This document shows, piece by piece, positions 60,377-64,000 of a stretch of 64,000 nucleotides of DNA (positions are counted from its first letter, which is position 1; each line of letters starts with the position of its first letter). The notes beneath the pieces are model-generated. The model made no database searches and was not told where the DNA came from. It saw only the letters and a list, made by a program, of their open reading frames with translations. This DNA is from a virus. A program made the position numbers and the translations under genes. The DNA is taken from IMG/VR virus record IMGVR_UViG_3300020456_000005, one strand, 5' to 3'.

Positions 60377-61541
60377 GATCAATGATAAACCCATGACTAG
60401 TGTAGACGGTATTACAGTATTCAATACTGACCAAGTAGATACAACGAAACAAAAAATGTTCTTTGGACCACCACTAGGTGTTCAAAGATATGATAAGTTT
60501 AAGTATCCTATCTTTGATAAACTAACACAAACTCAACTTGGATTTTTCTGGAGACCAGAAGAGGTTTCTTTGCAGAAAGATCGTGCCGATTATCAAACTC
60601 TAAATGATGCACAAAAACACATATTTACTAGCAATCTCAAGTATCAGATCCTCTTGGACTCCGTACAAGGTCGTGGTCCTGGCATGGCATTCCTGCCTTA
60701 TTGCTCACTACCTGAGCTTGAAGGGTGCATGAATATTTGGCAGACCATGGAGATGATCCATAGTCGTTCCTATACGCATATCATTAAAAATGTATACCCA
60801 GATCCCTCTGTCGTCTTTGACCACATTCTAGACGACGAGAAGATCCTCTCACGAGCACAATCAGTTACACGTGCATATGATGAGTTCCTACAGGCAGCTC
60901 ATGTATATGATACAGGTAATATGTGGCGTGAGGGGTGGAGAGAATCACCAACCGCAGCATGGGAACTCCATGATATCAAAAGAAAATTATATAGAGCGGT
61001 CGCTAATGTCTATATCCTTGAGGGAATTAGATTTTACGTGTCGTTTGCTTGTTCTTTCGCATTCGGGGAACTTAAACTTCTGGAAGGAAGTGCTAAAATT
61101 ATCGGACTCATCGCAAGAGATGAATCACAACACATGACTGTCACTCAGAACATTCTGAATAAGTGGCGTGATGGTGATGATCCTGAGATGGCAGAGATTG
61201 CCAAGGAAGAAGAGGATAACGTTTATAATATGTTTAAACAGTGTGTAGAAGAAGAGAAACTTTGGGCAGAGTATTTGTTCAAGGATGGATCTATCATTGG
61301 TCTCAATGATAAACTACTTGCTAAGTATGTTGAGTGGACTGCCAATCGTCGCCTGAAATCTATTGGTCTTAAGGCAATCTTTGACACTCCTATTAGTAAT
61401 AACCCACTACCTTGGACAGCACACTGGTTGTCTTCTAAAGGACTACAAGTAGCACCACAAGAGACAGAGGTAGAGTCATACATGATCGGGAGCATTAAAC
61501 AAGATGTCAAAAAAGACACCTTCGCAGGGTTTAAATTATAA
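60357..61541 (+). CDS. nrdB: Ribonucleotide reductase class Ia beta subunit
   Basis: FWRPEE, E..HSRSY, EGIRFY, RDESQH, APQETE. Confidence 0.97.
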   Translation: MTAAKFRINDKPMTSVDGITVFNTDQVDTTKQKMFFGPPLGVQRYDKFKYPIFDKLTQTQLGFFWRPEEVSLQKDRADYQTLNDAQKHIFTSNLKYQILLDSVQGRGPGMAFLPYCSLPELEGCMNIWQTMEMIHSRSYTHIIKNVYPDPSVVFDHILDDEKILSRAQSVTRAYDEFLQAAHVYDTGNMWREGWRESPTAAWELHDIKRKLYRAVANVYILEGIRFYVSFACSFAFGELKLLEGSAKIIGLIARDESQHMTVTQNILNKWRDGDDPEMAEIAKEEEDNVYNMFKQCVEEEKLWAEYLFKDGSIIGLNDKLLAKYVEWTANRRLKSIGLKAIFDTPISNNPLPWTAHWLSSKGLQVAPQETEVESYMIGSIKQDVKKDTFAGFKL

Positions 61542-61992
61542 TTTTGAAATTGTCTTTGACAAGGAAAAAGAAACAACGCTGCAGAAAATAAAGAGGTGGA
61601 TCAGTAAACAGAAACCACCTCTTGATACTATTCTTAAATACCTTTTCTCATATGTGGAAAAATGGTATTGGGATGGTAAAGTTTTGAATACCATGGCAGG
61701 TGTTGACTTAGAAACCAAAAAATTGCATGAACTATGGGAGGAAGATGACAGACAAATCACCCCACACATCGTGGAGACAGGAGTTTTTGGAGATGAAGGC
61801 TGGTCTATCTCAATATCAAATCCAATTGTTGAAAGAGGGACCACGTTCACTAGCCCAGTCGTGGATGCTTCAGGCAATGTACGGTCAGTGGAAGACACTA
61901 AAGGGGATCAAGGATCCAGAACCACCAGATTGTCAGAGCAGTCTGAAGGAGTGGGAGGAGTCAGTAAAGAAATACCAGACCCGTGGGACTGA
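61504..61992 (+). CDS. Hypothetical protein
   Basis: Long ORF after nrdB; start uncertain; 3' half overlaps next ORF. Confidence 0.55.
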   Translation: MSKKTPSQGLNYNFEIVFDKEKETTLQKIKRWISKQKPPLDTILKYLFSYVEKWYWDGKVLNTMAGVDLETKKLHELWEEDDRQITPHIVETGVFGDEGWSISISNPIVERGTTFTSPVVDASGNVRSVEDTKGDQGSRTTRLSEQSEGVGGVSKEIPDPWD

Positions 61993-61996
61993 ATAA
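61745..61996 (+). CDS. Hypothetical protein (overlapping frame)
   Basis: GGAGG RBS upstream; WRQEFLEMKAGLS..LLKEGP.SLAQSW. Confidence 0.6.
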   Translation: MTDKSPHTSWRQEFLEMKAGLSQYQIQLLKEGPRSLAQSWMLQAMYGQWKTLKGIKDPEPPDCQSSLKEWEESVKKYQTRGTE

Positions 61997-62019
61997 ATAC
62001 TAGAGGATATTATGATTAT

Positions 62020-62487
62020 GTGGAAAAAACAGATTACCCAAACCCTTGGAGATATATGGGCACCGTTTTTGATCGGGACCTTATTCGGGATAACTACGGT
62101 TTTGTTTATATCATTACCAATCTCTCCAACGAACGACAGTACATTGGGAGAAAGTATTTTTGGCAGAAAAGGAAACCAAAAGGGGGTAAGCGTAGAGTCA
62201 CTTCAGAGAGTGACTGGAAAAAATATTACGGGTCATGTCCAGAACTAAAGGACGACATCAAGGAGTATGGTAAGGACAGTTTTAGTCGTGTCATACTCTC
62301 GCTCCACACCACGCCAGGACGTGTAAACTATGAAGAGACAAGGCAACTTTTTCTCCATGATGTTCTGACAAAAGCCTTGACAGACGGCACTCCTGCCTTT
62401 TATAATTCCAACATACTTGGACGTTACTACAGGAAAGATTATTTTGATTTTGGAAATACTGGCGGCGCTGACGCCAATGGATTATGA
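62020..62487 (+). CDS. GIY-YIG-like endonuclease
   Basis: GFVYIITN...YIGRK, YYGS, FYNSNI. Confidence 0.7.
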   Translation: MEKTDYPNPWRYMGTVFDRDLIRDNYGFVYIITNLSNERQYIGRKYFWQKRKPKGGKRRVTSESDWKKYYGSCPELKDDIKEYGKDSFSRVILSLHTTPGRVNYEETRQLFLHDVLTKALTDGTPAFYNSNILGRYYRKDYFDFGNTGGADANGL

Positions 62488-62833
62488 TCATTTAGCAAGA
62501 GCAGTACAAGTTGAAGCAGCACCAAACACAATGGATGAATATTGTGTGGCAGTATCTATTATTAATCGTGTCCGCTCACCTAAATATCCAAACACGGTTG
62601 CGGATGTTGTATATTCTCCCAATCAATATGAAGGATTTCTTTATTGGAACCCTACTGCTAAAGATGCAGTTGTGAATCGTCTTAAAGATAATGTTAAGAT
62701 GCTCACAGCATATAATATGATCGGTGATCGTACAGACTTCAAGGGTCAGAGTATGCTACGATATCGTGTAGCGTCAGAAGATCCAATGTGTGCCCCCAAT
62801 GGAAACTTCTACCACTACTACTGGCAATCATGA
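62444..62833 (+). CDS. SleB-like cell wall hydrolase
   Basis: VEA..VA.SIINRV.SPKYPNTV.DVV...QY; start uncertain. Confidence 0.75.
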   Translation: MILEILAALTPMDYDHLARAVQVEAAPNTMDEYCVAVSIINRVRSPKYPNTVADVVYSPNQYEGFLYWNPTAKDAVVNRLKDNVKMLTAYNMIGDRTDFKGQSMLRYRVASEDPMCAPNGNFYHYYWQS

Positions 62834-63189
62834 AAATTATCAATTCAATTAAAAGATTCATGAAAGTAAAACCTTACACTGGAGTTCCTGCTCCTGTTAT
62901 TCTAGAAGATGACCCATGGTTTGGTCCTACTCCTATTCTTTCTGAAAAACAGAGAGAGTATCTTGATATGGTAAAACAGTTAGAAGAAGAAAAGCAATTA
63001 CTCAGTGCAGATTCTGAAGACATGTCAAAAGAAGTGGACAATATCCACGAAGTGCTGTATAATGTTGCTACTAAGGGAGGCAAAACCACTACTCAACTCA
63101 ACCCTCTTCCAGAGTTTGGTGGTGGATCAGAGAATTTTCATACAGGACCAGATGGTTGGATGTCTGGTACAGGATTCAATCAATTCTGA
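62830..63189 (+). CDS. Hypothetical protein
   Basis: ATGA coupling; EDDPWFGP. Confidence 0.6.
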   Translation: MKIINSIKRFMKVKPYTGVPAPVILEDDPWFGPTPILSEKQREYLDMVKQLEEEKQLLSADSEDMSKEVDNIHEVLYNVATKGGKTTTQLNPLPEFGGGSENFHTGPDGWMSGTGFNQF

Positions 63190-63206
63190 TTGTCTCCTTC
63201 TTTATT

Positions 63207-63280
63207 GACTCAGTAGCTCAGCTGGATAGAGCAACTGCCTTCTAAGCAGTCGGTCGTAGGTTCAAATCCTACCTGAGTCG
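63207..63280 (+). tRNA. trnR: tRNA-Arg(TCT)
   Basis: Cloverleaf; acceptor GACTCAG/CTGAGTC; anticodon arm ACTGC-CT TCT AA-GCAGT; GTTCAAATC; no encoded CCA. Confidence 0.93.
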
Positions 63281-63284
63281 CCTT

Positions 63285-63367
63285 GTCGGTGTGGCGGAAT
63301 CGGTAGACGCGATAGATTTAGGTTCTATTGTCTTTATGGCGTGGAGGTTCAAGTCCTCTCACCGACA
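63285..63367 (+). tRNA. trnL: tRNA-Leu(TAG)
   Basis: Acceptor GTCGGTG/CACCGAC; ATAGA-TT TAG GT-TCTAT; long variable arm. Confidence 0.92.
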
Positions 63368-63371
63368 CTCA

Positions 63372-63443
63372 GGGTGAATAGCTCAGCGGTAGAGCATCTC
63401 CTTTACACGGAGGCGGTCGGGGGTTCAATCCCCTCTTCACCCA
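63372..63443 (+). tRNA. trnV: tRNA-Val(TAC)
   Basis: Acceptor GGGTGAA/TTCACCC; TCTCC-TT TAC AC-GGAGG. Confidence 0.92.
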
Positions 63444-63471
63444 TTACTTCAAAGAGGTTAAATGCTGAATA

Positions 63472-63720
63472 ATGTTAACGGCGAGATGCAAAGCATGCAA
63501 TGTAGAATTGACAAGCACTAGCAAGGTTCAATTCTGTGGTTGTCCTAATCAAATGAGAGTTGTGGATGATCATGTTGGTGCGAATGACTTAAGTCAAGTT
63601 GTGCTAACCAATCATAAAAAGAATATTAAATATAATGGAATCCTAACACAATCTGATTTACAATATCAGGAGAACCGTCGCAAGCGTAAGGTTCGTAAAC
63701 TTGACTTTGAGGAACGATGA
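63472..63720 (+). CDS. Small Zn-ribbon protein
   Basis: CKAC..CGC.N; GAGG upstream. Confidence 0.7.
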   Translation: MLTARCKACNVELTSTSKVQFCGCPNQMRVVDDHVGANDLSQVVLTNHKKNIKYNGILTQSDLQYQENRRKRKVRKLDFEER

Positions 63721-63953
63721 TCAACCTAGATGACAGATACCATTCTTATCTTCATACAAATAAGTGTTTAAACATTAATAATCAATGTGAAAACGTAATT
63801 GGTTATGGATTTACATGTGATGGTAAGGACATTGATGGTTATTATGTATTGACAAAGAACTACCGACTGTACTATAATCTAAACGAACAGTTCGTTAAAC
63901 TAGAAACAAGGAAAGGTGGCAGAGTGGTTGATTGCATCAGTCTTGAAAACTGA
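63717..63953 (+). CDS. Hypothetical protein running into tRNA-Ser
   Basis: GAGGA RBS and ATGA coupling. Confidence 0.6.
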   Translation: MINLDDRYHSYLHTNKCLNINNQCENVIGYGFTCDGKDIDGYYVLTKNYRLYYNLNEQFVKLETRKGGRVVDCISLEN

Positions 63954-63997
63954 CGATGTGAGAGCATCCGTGGGTTCAAATCCCACCCTTTCCGCCA
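63910..63997 (+). tRNA. trnS: tRNA-Ser(TGA)
   Basis: Acceptor GGAAAGG/CCTTTCC, G73, encoded CCA; TCAGT-CT TGA AA-ACTGA; long variable arm. Confidence 0.93.
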
Positions 63998-64000
63998 CGG

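Noticed and set aside
42587-61541. Introns or inteins in g43, uvsX, g41, nrdA, nrdB
   Set aside because: All ORFs are continuous, of normal length, with no splicing motifs noticed
63910-63997. Suppressor or selenocysteine tRNA, or genetic-code reassignment
   Set aside because: Anticodon TGA reads TCA (Ser); TAA, TAG and TGA all end genes normally here
1-64000. CRISPR array, integrase, transposase or rRNA
   Set aside because: No regularly spaced repeats or matching motifs seen

Overview
The window is part of a T4-like marine cyanophage (cyanomyovirus) genome, probably infecting Synechococcus. Every credible gene is on the + strand. Order: 3' part of a large tail-fibre-like gene; a tandemly duplicated pair of putative receptor-binding protein + chaperone genes; g13-g16; an accessory island (2OG-Fe(II) oxygenase, petE, gnd, a 42-aa ndhP homologue missing from the ORF track, zwf, many tiny ORFs); g17-g23; g3, uvsY, uvsW, g55, g47, g46; CobT-like VWA/peptidase + CobS-like AAA; g45, denV-like, g44, dam, g62, regA, hsp20, g43, uvsX; an inserted MvaI/BcnI-type endonuclease + methyltransferase cassette; g41; a flavin-dependent halogenase; mazG; a putative nuclease/ligase-like/nucleotidyltransferase operon; putative capsid-internal proteins; primase, nrdA, nrdB; GIY-YIG and SleB-like genes; four tRNAs. 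Main points of interest: a complete restriction-modification cassette in a lytic phage, with no CCGG found on manual reading; the three-gene operon behind a hairpin/late-promoter switch; the duplicated adhesin module; the hidden ndhP. All calls come from motif recognition and synteny by eye. No searches or counts were run.
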